Assembly (NCBI GenBank): GCA_965178125.1
Contig: OZ237735.1
Location: 1,984,001-2,048,000, forward strand
Direction: 5' to 3'
Source of the DNA: Bilabrum cf. latius
Lineage: Eukaryota
Length of the DNA: 64,000 nucleotides
A program made the translations under genes and the position numbers. The notes under the pieces are model-generated. The model was not told the DNA's origin and made no database searches. It worked only from the letters and a program-made list of their open reading frames with translations. Numbering within the stretch: position 1 is the first letter of the stretch; each line of letters opens with the position of its first letter. Shown here piece by piece: positions 1 through 12,184 of the stretch.

Positions 1-947
1 TGCAGATTGCAGACACTTCAAGCCCAGAAACCCAGGTTCTGATCTTGTCACCCACTCGCGAGCTGGCCGAGCAGACACAGAGGGTCATCTGCACGCTGGG
101 TGACTTTATGAGCGTGCGATGCCACGCCTGTATCGGTGGAAAGAGCGTGGGAGAAGACATCAAGAGGCTGGAGGCCGGCGTGCACATCGTCTCGGGCACT
201 CCGGGCAGGGTGTTCGACATGATCCGGAGGAGGCACCTATCGACCTCGAAGCTGAAGCTATTCGTCATCGACGAGGCGGACGAGATGCTAGGCTCGGGCT
301 TCAAGGAGCAGATCTACGACGTGTACCGCTTCCTGCCATCTGGGTGCCAGATCGTGCTCGCCAGCGCGACGCTGCCCAAGGAGGTGCTCGCCATGACGGA
401 CAGCTTCATGACTAGGCCCGTGCAGGTGCTGGTGAAGAGAGACGAGCTGACCCTGGACGGTATCAAGCAGTTTTTCGTCGCTGTTGAGAAGGAGGAGTGG
501 AAGTTCGACACGCTGACCGACCTATACGATACGCTCACCATCACGCAGGCCGTCGTCTTCTGCAACACGAGGAAGAAGGTGGACTGGCTCAAGGCGAAAC
601 TGAAGGAAAACAACTTCACCGTGTCTGCCATGCACGGAGACATGAAGCAGTCCGAGCGGGAGGAAGTGATGAGCGAGTTCAGGGCGGGTGCCACCCGTGT
701 GCTGATCGCGACGGACGTCTGGGGGCGGGGCATCGACGTGCAGCAGGTGTCGCTCGTGATCAACTACGACCTTCCCTCTTCCAGGGAGCTGTACATCCAC
801 AGAATCGGTCGATCCGGGAGGTGGGGCCGGAAGGGCGTTGCGATCAACTTCGTCAAGTCCGACGAGCTGCGAGCGCTGCGAGACATCGAACAGTTCTACG
901 CGACGCAGATCGACGAGATGCCCATGAATGTTGGCGAGCTGATATAA
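1..947 (+). CDS. EIF4A3: DEAD-box RNA helicase eIF4A-III (exon junction complex core), 5'-partial
   Basis: Motifs [25 protein letters not shown] and HRIGRSGR. eIF4A-III-type segments [22 protein letters not shown] and C-terminal [13 protein letters not shown]. The frame is open from base 3 and ends at TAA 945-947, with no in-frame TAG. Confidence 0.95.
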   Translation, partial: QIADTSSPETQVLILSPTRELAEQTQRVICTLGDFMSVRCHACIGGKSVGEDIKRLEAGVHIVSGTPGRVFDMIRRRHLSTSKLKLFVIDEADEMLGSGFKEQIYDVYRFLPSGCQIVLASATLPKEVLAMTDSFMTRPVQVLVKRDELTLDGIKQFFVAVEKEEWKFDTLTDLYDTLTITQAVVFCNTRKKVDWLKAKLKENNFTVSAMHGDMKQSEREEVMSEFRAGATRVLIATDVWGRGIDVQQVSLVINYDLPSSRELYIHRIGRSGRWGRKGVAINFVKSDELRALRDIEQFYATQIDEMPMNVGELI

Positions 948-1098
948 ATACCTTGAACTGTTCGTGTCCGATATTTCTGCCATCTTTGGAAGCTCTGTCT
1001 GCTTCGGACTGATGACGGCCACAAATTCCGGTCCTGCGAAATTGCAGAACACGGGATCGCCTCGAGACTCTCAGTGCGTCCGGCGACACCGGGACGAA

Positions 1099-4000
1099 AT
1101 GTCGGAGAACCAGCATTATGGCGCGAGCATTGGCACAGCCATTGCAGGCGCAGCCGCTGGATTTGGCGTTGGAGCAGCTTGCGGGTACATGTTCAGGAGC
1201 GTGAGGCTTGTCCTGTCCGTTTCCCACTCTAAGCCATTCCATTGCCCGCAGCCCGACCGAATAAAAATGATTCGTTGCATGTCTCCCGAGGTTAATTCCA
1301 CTGAATACTTTTTGCGCGAATTAATCAAACCCTTTGGATAGTGTCGGTTCACACACAAGCGTTGATGGATCCCCATTCGCGTCTACGCAGTCTGGAGGCG
1401 AAATTGACAAGGGCATACCGTCGAGCATAGTAGAAACAAAGGGAGTTTCAGAGGCCGTTGCCCTCCGCAGGGCGGCCGAGCTGGACCTACTGTCGTCGGC
1501 GTATGAACTGCTGGCCCTGGCTACAAAAGAAAGCGGCTCCCTCTCTGCCCAAGTCTATGTCGTAGATCAGCCTACCGGACTCATTTTCCGTGGCTATGGT
1601 GTGACAGACAAGGGATATCCTCTGCTGTCGAGCAGGGAAGAAGACACGGAGCCGTTCAGCGTTGAGTGCGACGGCTCCAGCCTGGTCGGACACAGCGCGA
1701 CGATGGGCACAACAGTAGTGGCTGAATCATCCGATCGTCGCTCTGACGCTGATATGCCGAGCTCCAGGAGCCAAGCCAAGGCTGCTGGATCGGCGGACGC
1801 GGGCGAATCGATGGAACGCATCACGAAACCGCCTGGCGGCTACGTTGCTTGCGTACCTCTGACCGGCTACCACGAGAACGTCAGTTCCATCTAGGTGGCA
1901 TCCGCAAGCTACGGTGGCCCTGCATCTCCCAGCATGTCCGGTCTTGGAAGCAGGGCCGGCATCATCGCGATTCTCCGGGTGACGTTCGCGATGATGCCGA
2001 GCACGGAGCAGCTGCGAGCGTTGGAAGCAGTGGCAGCGGAAGCGGGGCCCCTGCTGTCCAAGCAAAGGGACGTGAAGGAGGCGGAGCAGGCACAGGCCCG
2101 GCTCGCCCTTGTGCTCCAGATGATGAGGAAAGTGGCCGCAGCCGCCAGCCACACCGCCGTGGTGGAGACGATCGTGCAGGCGGCCTACCAGCTCCTGGCG
2201 CCCCAAAGGGTCACGGTCTTCCAGGTGGACCACGCGCGCCGCAAGCTGATCATTTCTCGCTCCGAGGACGTGAATGGGGCTGAGATCTCCATGGACAGGG
2301 GCATCGCAGGCAGCGTCGCCACTACGGGCCAGGTTGCTCGGGTGCCCGACGCATACCAAGACTCTCGATTCAACAACAAGGTCGACCTGCAGAGCGGGTT
2401 TAGAACCAGGTCCGTCCTGTGCGTGCCTGTCCGGAACAACCGCGGCGTGGTCGTTGCCGTGATCCAGGTGATCAACAGGCGCGAGTTCGGAGGGTAGCTC
2501 GGGAGGGAGCTCGTGCCGGGCCTGTCGCGGGCGAAGCTTCAGAGTGATTATGAGGACGAGGACGAGGACGGGCTGCTGACCTTCACCCCCGTGCGCAAGG
2601 TGTCCCATACCGTAAACAGCATGATCGAGGAGGAGGAGGAAGACGAAGACGCGGGCGCGGATGACGAGGAGGAGGACGACGGCGACTCCGCGCACTCTGC
2701 GACGAGGCCCGACACGGCGAGGAGCGCGCGGGGCACCAGCGCGAGAGGCTTCGAACCGCCAGCGGCGAGGCGCTAGAATTCGGGCGACGCGGAAGGGGAG
2801 AAGGATTCTGTGGTTCCGCACGGGGGTTGGGCGTTCACGGCGGCAGACGAGGTCGTGATCCAGGCCCTGGCGTCCCAGGCGGGCATGGAGCTCGACAAGG
2901 CGGCGGCCATGGAGGAGATGCAGCGCGCGCAGGACGCCACCACGGCCATGCACGAGATCGTGCAGGCCACTGTGCTGGAGCCGAGCGTCCGTGGCTTCAT
3001 CCACCGCGTCATGGTGGCGACCTACCGCCTGCTCCGCTGCGAGAGGGTGACCTTGTTCCTGGTGGATGCTGCCAGGGAGGAGCTGGTGCTGGCCTACAGC
3101 AACGACGCCAAGGGCATCCGCATTCCGATGAGGAGCGGGCTGGCCGGGCACGCTGCCATGACGGGCAAGGTAGTCAATGTGGAGGACGCCTACCGCGACC
3201 AGCGCTTCGACCGATCGGTGGACAGAGCCACCGGTTTCAGGACGAGGTCGGTGCTCTGCATTCCCGTGCAGCTGCCAGCCACCGTCGCGACCGCCTCGGG
3301 CTCGGACACTCACGAGGACATCCAGGTGGGCGGGTTTTCATCTCGCGAGGGACTGCCCATCGCGGTGCTGCAGGCCATCAACAAGGACGACAGGCGGCCC
3401 TTCGACAAGCTGGACGAGGACGCCATGAGGGTCTTCTCCCTCCAAGTCGCCCTCGCGCTCAAGCGAAGGACGGTGGAGGCCGCTATGCTGACGATGCTGG
3501 CAGTCAAGCAGGACGAGCCATCGAGCCGGTTGACCGGCGAAGAGAAGGATGATGGCGAGGACTGCGGCGCTGCCTCAGGCGCAGGAGGCTCTTCTAAGGG
3601 AAAGAAGCAGAAGCGCGTGACCCTCAAGATAGACGTGGCCAAGGCCCAGGCGAGCCCTGGATCGTCCATGGGTGGAGCACCAACCCCCGTCGGTCTAAAG
3701 ACTCCGGCAGGTGGCACAGCGTCACCTGGGATGCTCATCTCCTAGATGGACCAGCACGAGCGCAAGACCGCGCTGAGTCTGCTGAGCATGTATTCGGACG
3801 AGCGACGCAAGCAGGAGCTGCATAGCTAGGCGATTTTCAGCGGCGTGATGGGCGCGGTGAAGGCCGCCCGTCTCATGAGGACGCCCTCGTGGACCAAATC
3901 GGTGGACCTGCAGGCCAAGGGCATGGACACTACCGACGAGCTGCTGCAGTGGGATTGGGACGTGTTTGAGGCGTACCAGCGTCCCGACGGAGAGAACGTG

Positions 4001-5398
4001 CTGAAGCAGTCGGTGGCGCGCATGTTCAGCCGCTTCAACGTCATGTCCATGTTCAAGGTGGACGAGACCAGGCTACGGAGGTTCGTAGACAGCATCCGAG
4101 ACACGTACCGCAACAACCCTTTTCACAACTGGCACCACGCCATCGCGGTGCTGCAAGCCAATTTCGTGATCTTATGCAGAACGCCCGCGCGCAACAGCCT
4201 CATGCACTCGGACGTGTTCGGCCTGCTCGTTGCGGCCCTGTGTCACGACGCGGACCACCCGGGACACACGAACGATTTCGAGTGCAACACTGGCGGTGAG
4301 CTCGCTATCACGTACAGTGACATCGCGCCGCTGGAGCATCACCACTCCGCTGTGACTGCGAGGATCCTGCGCCGCCCCGAGAGCAACATTATGTCGAGCC
4401 TTGAGCCCGAGGTGTTCCGCAGCACCAGGAAGCTCATGTGCCGGGCCATCCTCTCAACGGACATGTCGCAGCACTTCACCCAGGTGCAGCAGCTGGGCAA
4501 GCGAGCCGCAGACATGGCTCAGAAGTACGCTGCTGTGTCCTTGTCGGCGGAGGGGAGCCCTCGCGCCGATGCCTCCCCGAGTGCAGGGGTGGCGGCCTCG
4601 TCCGACGACGGCCCTCCAAAGCTGACAAAGAGGAGTTCTACCAGCGAGGTGAGCTCGCTTGCCGCTCCATCTCCAGCGAGGGCGACTTCGGATGGATCAG
4701 GCACCAGGTCACCGCGGTACGAGCAAGAGCACACTGTCACGCGGGGCCCCAAGAAACCTGACGCAGTCTCGTACACGATCCGCTCTCGCTCTGCCTCAAT
4801 GGCCAACGTGCTGGCTGCTGTGCCCGGCGCGATTAAGCAGAGCAAGAGCAGCCGGCATTCGGTACATATTCCGAAGCTAGACGCGTTTGACCGCACGAGC
4901 GAGGACGACAGGCTCGAGCTGGCCGGCATCGTGGTACACCTGGGTGACCTGTCCGGGCAGCTGTACCCCAAGCATCTCGCGGTGCGGTGGGGTAACATGG
5001 TGTCTCAGGAGTTCAGAGCTCAGGTGGAGAAGGAGCAGGAGCTTGGTCTCGCTTCGAGTCCCGTGATGCAGGGGCTGGAGTCGGAGGCTGGCGTGTACAA
5101 GAGCCAGTGTGGCTTCATCCAGTTTGTGCTCATGCCTTTGTGGCAGAATGCTTAGGAGCTTCTGCCAGGACTCAAGGACCCCGTCCAGCAGCTCAAGGCC
5201 AACCTAATGTTCTACCAAGCAGAGGTAAAGAGGCTGGAGGAGGCCGGTGCTGCCAGTCGCCCAGCGCAGTTCATCCCGGCGACGGCTCCGTACGATGTGG
5301 CAAGCCCTGCTGCACAGCTGCGGGAGAGGTCAAATGGATCTGCGTCCAGTGGGAAGTCGTCTGCCAGTGGCGCACGACGTGACGGTGATGATGATTGA
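1099..5398 (+). CDS. GAF-domain class I 3',5'-cyclic nucleotide phosphodiesterase; model join(1099..1200,1391..5398) with 6 in-frame TAG
   Basis: Same-frame ORFs joined across TAG at 1892, 2495, 2774, 3743, 3827 and 5153; TGA stop at 5396-5398. Two GAF domains (DAYQDSRFN..VDLQSGFRTRSVLCVP and DAYRDQRFD..VDRATGFRTRSVLCIP..INK..FDKLDE). Catalytic motifs FHNWHHA, CHDADHPG, LEHHH, ILSTDM, DLS and SQCGFI. Proposed intron 1201-1390 (GTGAGG...ACGCAG, phase 0) is less certain. Confidence 0.9.
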
Positions 5399-5686
5399 TT
5401 AGCCGTTTAAAACCGTTGTACAAGCTAGAGCCATGCCCTGTGCCGTTTGTGGCATCTGCTGTCCAACTTGAGCGTGCTTGCAGCTGCACGCAAATCCTTG
5501 GATGTGGCGACCACCTCTGCATCGAAGATGAAGATCATGCGATGCGGCCAGCGCAAAAACCGCGGGTTTATTTCCCATCCGCTGTCGTCGATTCCTCCCA
5601 TTATTTTTGCTATTCCTGCGAACCAATAGAACTGATTGTGTCTATCCAAGTGCTTGAGCGTCTCAGTTGCCGCGTGACCACTGGCA

Positions 5687-8600
5687 ATGAGGAGCTCCAC
5701 AGCGCTGGCGTGCGCGCTTGTCGCAGTCGCCCATGCGGTGGAGTTTACAGGGGTATTCTTCTCAAGGTTGCATGAACCGAGCACCAACGATTCTTCTGTT
5801 TCGGCAGGAACTGGTTATAGATGTTGGGCGTCTGGAGGTCCCGTGGAAATGAAGCTCGATTTGCTGCTGGACACTTCCTCTGGAGTGCTAGCAGTCAGCG
5901 GGGAGGATGGGACTCCCCTCCTCCCACCCGTGCAGGATTTCAAGGTTCGTGGGTGGCGGGGATTATATTCGACCACAAACTAGCCGTTCAATTTCTATGA
6001 GTGGAACCTGACGAGCGATATGCCGTTCGGTAAGAGCCCGTCCAAGATGGCTGCCTTCGAAGCAGCTCAGCCCACAGCCACTCTCCGGGATGCGATGCTA
6101 GCGGCTCAGGACAGCGAAATGGTTGGTCAATCGGATGGTATCACACGAACTGGCGCTGGCTGCTTCCAAATCATGTTCCCGATCGATTTATACGGCCACA
6201 AAATATACCGGCTTCGCGAGTTCGCCGCAGCTGGTCCTGCCGCCTTGAAGGCGTCCCCGGCCGGCGAAGGACTCGTCGAGGCTTCCTATTAGTGCGACGA
6301 CTCTGAAATTATCAACAGGGGGGCGCAGCATTCCCCCGACTGCGACAGCACTTTCGCATCCCAGCGCCCGGCCCAGGTGCAAAGCATGGGCACCCTGGTC
6401 GAGCAGCGGCTCGGGTGGCAGCCAGACCCCTGGCCCGTGTGCAGCCTGCCTTCGCCTGGGGCAGATCTTGCTGCGGTCGTTGCCATAGCGGCAGGTCAGC
6501 TGGGCGTGAACGAGACGCTCGCACAGGCGCTGGCTGACGAGGGCTGTCTGTCGACGAGAACCAGGACAGTGCGTTGCGCAGACTCCATCGGCCGCGACGT
6601 CGGAAATCTCACCGCTTGTTCCCTGGAGAACAGGGAGGCAGTGCTAGCCTTGGATGCCCTCCGCGGGACTGGCCCGATGCCCTTGCAGTAGCAGGCATGC
6701 GTGCCCCCAGCGGAGCAGTGCATCCGCAGGTGGCGGGTGCTGGCGGGGGCCACGGCGGGTGCCTCTGGGGAACAGCTGGCCGAAGGTGCCGACGCCACGG
6801 CGCTCCTGTCGTAGTCCACCACCGGTGCCACTTACTCGCAGAAGTAGGAAGCGGTTCCCGCGCCCGTTCGGACCCTTCGCGATGACCCGCTCGCGTCTGG
6901 TGTGGTGCTGCCGTGGGAGGTGCTGCCCGGCGGTGCGCCAGTTATGGCCGCCACTAACACCTCAGACGGCATGTTAATCCCTGCAGCGCATCACGAGTGG
7001 AAGGTGCTGATCGGCACAAGGAAGTACATGCTTTCTTCTAGCACGTCGGCTTGCCTGAACGATGAGTTCCTGCTTGCACCGGCGAGGGTGAGGTTCGAGG
7101 AACCCGCCGTCGGACTGGAGGCAGCGCCCAATGGAACCAGCGCGGGCGGTGGCGCAGCGGCGTATCAAGAGGAGCCAGATCACAACATCAGCATGCCGCT
7201 GGCCCCGCTCATGGACCTCGAGGTGCTCAACAAGGGAGCTACGTACAGGATGACCGGCTTGGAGCTGACCGCTGCGGACCCGCCCACGCACGGCTTCCGC
7301 CGAGCCATCACCGGATTCCAAATGGGAGTCGGGGAGCAAGCCGCTTCTGGAGCCAATGCCACGGGACATGGTCCTGCGCAGCCCGTCACCGTCATCAGCC
7401 TCGCAACAACCGCGCACTCAGGCCGAACGCACGCTGGCAACCCCGAGGAGGGTCCATCGTCGTTTGGCGTGCGCTGGGTACGGCGGTCCCAGCCGCTGCC
7501 AGGGTCGTCGGTCGCTTCCTCCGATGTGCTGAACCCCTCCGATGCGGGTGCTGCTGCTGCGGGAGTTGAGTCGCCACTGGATGCCCTGGATGGCGGGCAT
7601 CACTCGGCATGGCTGTCCTTCAGCGTGGAGGCCGATGGAGCCAAGGCGGCCCTGCAGAACCGCGGCGACGAGGAGCCCGTGTGCGATCCTTAGAATCTGC
7701 CGGGGGCGGAATACTCTACCTTCGTGGGAGTTGCCACGGCAGGACCCACCCGGCTGCTGTCGCAGTCTCAGCGGCAATGTGCCTTTGTCACGACCAACGA
7801 GGGCGTGCTTCGAAACCGCTGCCTGATGGTGACGCCGCCGGAGCGTTGCGTGAACGCTATTGATGAGGACGTCGCCGAGCTCTTCTGCCTTCCCGAGAAG
7901 CCCACCGGCGGCTCGGAGCTCGAGTGCGGCAACTGCACTGAGTGGGAGGTGCTCGACTGGTCCCAGTGCTCCGTCAACTGCGGGGGCGGGTCCCAGAGCA
8001 GGCCCGTGCGCTGCAGGGACCCTCGTTCAAACGAAACGCTCTCGGACGACGCCTGCCTGCTCACAGGCCAGGGCCCGCGACCGGCATCAACCAGGAGCTG
8101 CAACGTAATCCCGTGCATGCCCGACGGCTCCAATGCATACCCTGCTCCCACGGCGCTTGAATTCTTCCTGAACGGCACCTGGTCGGCATGCAGCGCACCT
8201 TGCAACGGCGTGGGGCAACGCACACGCAGCGTGTACTGCAGGGAACGGACGGGCGCCCGCCGCGGGCCCTTGCACGACGGCATCTGTGAGATGGTGGCGA
8301 ATCTGACCAAGCCCGCGACCCTCGAGGCTTGCGTCGGACCGGAGTGCGGCACGTTCGTCGCAGAGGCCTGGGGCGAGTGCAACGTGAATTGCGGCCCTGG
8401 AGCACAGACGAGGTCGGTTCTGTGCCGCGGCACGACCACCAACACGGCGCTGAACCCAACCGTGAGCTGTGCCGGCCAGACCATGCCGTAGACTTCTCGG
8501 CCGTGCCAGCGGTGCGACTGCATTCCAGACACGCCCAATGGCTTCCATATGGAGAGATGGCTTCCGCCCACGCAGCAGTATCTGCACGGTATTTCGGCCA

Positions 8601-9121
8601 CGCCGCACGCCGCTTCCATGCTGGGCACCAACACCGACGAACAGCTGGATGCGATGCACCTCGATCAGCTGAGGCTAGGCGACGGTGTGCCCGAGGCACT
8701 CGTCACACTTGCCATGGCTGATGCGGCCTGCCCTGCCACTGGCAGTGGCAGTGGCGGCATCGGGTGGCAGCTTCTCACGATCAGCGAGTGGAGCTGCCTG
8801 GAGCGGTCGGCTCAGCTGCGGCTCTGCGACGAGCTGCACCAGCTGGCGGGCGGTAAGCGTCTGCCAGTGGCCTTCCGAGCCCAAGGGGTCGAGCTTGACA
8901 GGCTGACCGCGCCAGCCTGGCTGCCGCAGAGCTTTAACGAGTCTGAAGCAGTGGGCGATGCGACGGCTCGGGAGCTGCAGCGTCCTGACGCCTTCAGGCG
9001 TAAGCTCCTCGGCGGGTGCCCCTTCACAGAGGCGGGCGTGTCCGGCCTTGAGGCAGGCCCATACGACGCATTCGTCAACCCGGCAAGGCAGGCTGCGCTC
9101 GCTGTTTGCCGTGCAGTGTGA
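5687..9121 (+). CDS. Secreted ~1,144 aa protein with thrombospondin type-1 (TSP1) repeats; 7 in-frame TAG
   Basis: Signal-peptide-like start MRSSTALACALVAVAHA. One frame through TAG at 5981, 6290, 6689, 6812, 6845, 7691 and 8489 to TGA. Three TSP1 units (WSQCSVNCGGGSQSRPVRC, WSACSAPCNGVGQRTRSVYC, WGECNVNCGPGAQTRSVLC) at about 7940-8510. Confidence 0.8.
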
Positions 9122-9289
9122 CTAACGCGCTGTCCGGTGGCGAGCAGAGGGGGGCAGTGCCATGTTCCGTTCCTTTTTTGCGTATTTGTGGAATCTACAC
9201 CAGCAAGCTAGAAAAACCAGTTGTGTCGTTCGATCAGTCACGCGGCGCATCCGCAAGGAGCACACTCGCTTCGCTGCAGCCATCGCATC

Positions 9290-12049
9290 TCAGAAGTCAT
9301 CGAATGGGTTGGCCCCTCCACCAGCACCCCCGCCCTGCTGCCCGCTCTGGGCACGCCCTTGTCTGCCAATACCCGTGTACGAAGGTGGCGCCCCGCTCAC
9401 CCCGCCTCCCGTCCCATGAGCACCCCCTAGTGGGGGGAGCCCCCCGGCAGACATGACCCCGGGGGGTGCGCCGATCCCGGGGGGCGCACCCAGCGGCGGC
9501 AGGACACCGCCAGGCATGCTCTGGAAACTACCTGCGGGACCCGTGGGATACCCACCAACCGAATGGCCCATTCCAACGGGCACACCGCCAAAGCCAGGCA
9601 TCCCAGCAGATGCACGCCCCATCGGGGCCGGGGCTGGAGCCGGGGCCGGGGCCGGGGCTGACAGGACAGCAAACGGGTCATCATCGTCACCAGCAGTGGC
9701 CCCAACTGCTGCCGTACTCGACGCCAGCATGGGCGCGGCTGGGGCTGGGGCCGGAGCCGGAGCTGGGGCGGGTGCAGCCGTCGGCTCAGCAAACGGGTCA
9801 TCGTCATCGGTCTGCCCACCCCCAGCTGCATCGGCAGAGCCGCCTCCAAATTCAGCAAAGGGGTCGCTGTCCTCTCTGCTGGTGGCAGGCACGCTTGTCT
9901 GGCCAGCAGCGGCTGGGGCCTCGTCAGCGAACGGGTCATCGGATGCCTAGCGAGCCGGTGCAGAGGGTGCCACGGCGGCGCCATCGTCATCAGCAAACGG
10001 ATCTGATGACTCACGGGTTACTACCGCTGGGGCAGCCGCCCCACTCCCCCCATCTGCGTCTGCAAATGGATCGTCGTCGTCATGGTGAGCAGCAGCTGGC
10101 CTAACCGTGCCACTCCCAAAGCCAGGCTGCTGCTTGGATCCCGATACCGATCCTGGATTCGAATCCACAGCGAACGGATCTTCTGGATCGCCACCACCCA
10201 CAGTCGGGTCCGTGGCAGCCAGGCCCAGCCCGCCCGAAAGCGCCGATCCGCCACGGGACCGCCTGCTGCCAGCGCGAGACCTTGGTGGCTCGATCCCCAG
10301 GCCGAATCCAGCGACCGGTGCAGGTGCAGGGGCCGGTGCGGGCGAGGCAGCAAGCCTCTGCTTCCTGCTCGGGCCAGAGCTGGGTTCCAACGCGAACGGG
10401 TCCTCGTCCTCGTCGGCACCTGCAGCGGCAGCCTGCCCAGGCGGGGAGCTGTCCACACCGAGCCCATCAAAGTCGGCCGAGTCATCCAGCCCGTTGCTGA
10501 CGCCGTGATGCAGCCCAGAAGCCATGCCAGGTCCCTCTTTCTTGTCCGACTTCCGGGATGCAGCGCCCGGAGGCTGCTCCTTCTTGCGTCCAAAGTGGTG
10601 CGACTAGCCACCGGCCGTCAGCGCTGCCCCGAATAGATCCTCTTCGTTGTCATCGTCGTCACCACCCGCCCCCAATCCTGCACCTCTCCCGCTCCGCGCG
10701 TGCTTCAGCCCGCCGGACGTGCCGTGCCCCGGCTCTGACGCGCTCCTTGCAGCGGACGGGCCCTTCTTCCTCCCAGCCATGATGTCGTCGTGCAGCCTGA
10801 CCGCCGAGTTGATCTCGTCGTTCAGCATGATGAGCGCACCAACGCTGGAGGGGTCCACGGCCATGGCCGTCTGCACCTCCTCCATCACGCGATTCCCGGC
10901 TTGCCTCAGCTGCGCCACGAGGTCGACGACGACGTCGTTACTCCGCAGTGAGGCGGCATCTGGCGTCTCGTCGAGCATTTCCTTGGTCATCCTGGCCATG
11001 TTGGCCAGCTCCGCGTTCTCTCCGTGCAGTTCCCCAGAGAGAGCTGTGCTGGAGCTTCCCCGTCCCCTCGGCTGTGCCGGCCCGCGCCCTCCCGCGGATG
11101 CAGGGCTCCGACCACGTGCCGCACCACCTGCGGCTGGGCGTGTCGGGGAGGAGCGGGGCGGCGGGGTGAAGATCGGGGGCCTCGACGTGTCCCCTGGAGC
11201 GTATGGGAACTTGAAACCTGCGGAAATACGAGCTTAATCAAGCAACGTGAGGGGCAAATGAGAACCGAAAGAATGCGACTGGGTAGTCAAGTCAGGCGTA
11301 ACGCTCCTGCTCGGGGCTCGTTGTTCGCTTCGGGCAGATACCTGCTCCACGACTCACCCTTAGACCGCAGCAAACCGTACAGATTCACAAATGGTCGAAG
11401 GTTGTACTGGTCCTGGACCCCCACGAACTCTTCTCCCCATGCCTGCACCAATTCGAGAGCCTTCCGGTACGTCCGAATCTCGGCCTAGCCTCTCGTTTTC
11501 TCGTACTTCTCCACTATCGATCGGATGCGATCCAAGAACTTAGAGTCCTATGCAAGAGATCGCAAGAATCTTGTGCCACAGTTCTTGCAAAACGATTCAG
11601 TGAGTACGAGGCCTAGGTAGGAGTGGTTCGGATCGGAATCCTGGACCCGCTTGCGCGTCAGGCGCACAACCTCTTGCAACCTGCGGCAGAACAAAGCAGA
11701 TACAATTTATTTGCGGTATGTGGCCGGTGCTGCTGCATTGTTCTTGACCCAGCGTCGAAAACTGTCACGTTTTGATGTAGCATGTCTTACTGTTGCGGGG
11801 TCCGCAAGGCGTTTACTTTCTCCCACATGCGAGCAATAAGGGCCCAATTCTCAGCGCCATGATCGTCGTTAGTTGCTTCGACGATATCGGTATCCAATCC
11901 GTCTGCGAACTAGCACTCAGAACAGAGCGACACGTCATGCTTCGAGCAATGGCGAACAATCCTCCAGGTTGCGAGCATGATAGGCAGGCACAGAAAGATA
12001 GCTAACCGACTTCAACTCTTGCGGTCGTATCAAACCCAAATAGAGACAT
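9290..12049 (-). CDS. TOM1-like VHS-GAT endosomal adaptor with DPF/NPF-rich tail; model complement(join(9290..11217,11358..11680,11791..11902,12007..12049))
   Basis: Spliced translation gives a VHS domain (IVEATNDD..ENWALI..RKRVQDSDP..LTESFCKNCG..KALELVQAWGEEF..YGLLRSKGFKFP) followed by PPIFTPP. A GAT-like helical region follows (DVVVDLVAQL..ALIMLNDEINSAVRLHD). Three phase-compatible GT-AG introns. In-frame TAG at 11548, 11485, 10604 and 9947; TGA stop. Confidence 0.85.
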
Positions 12050-12184
12050 TTAGTCGCGCGTGCAAGGTAGTTGTCGGGGTTTCGCCGAGAATCGGGAGAA
12101 TGCAACACAGTGCAGTGCAATTGCGGAACCAAATGCGCGGCGCCAATCACAACACCCTTTCCCATTCCTTTCGCTATCGCTGGT

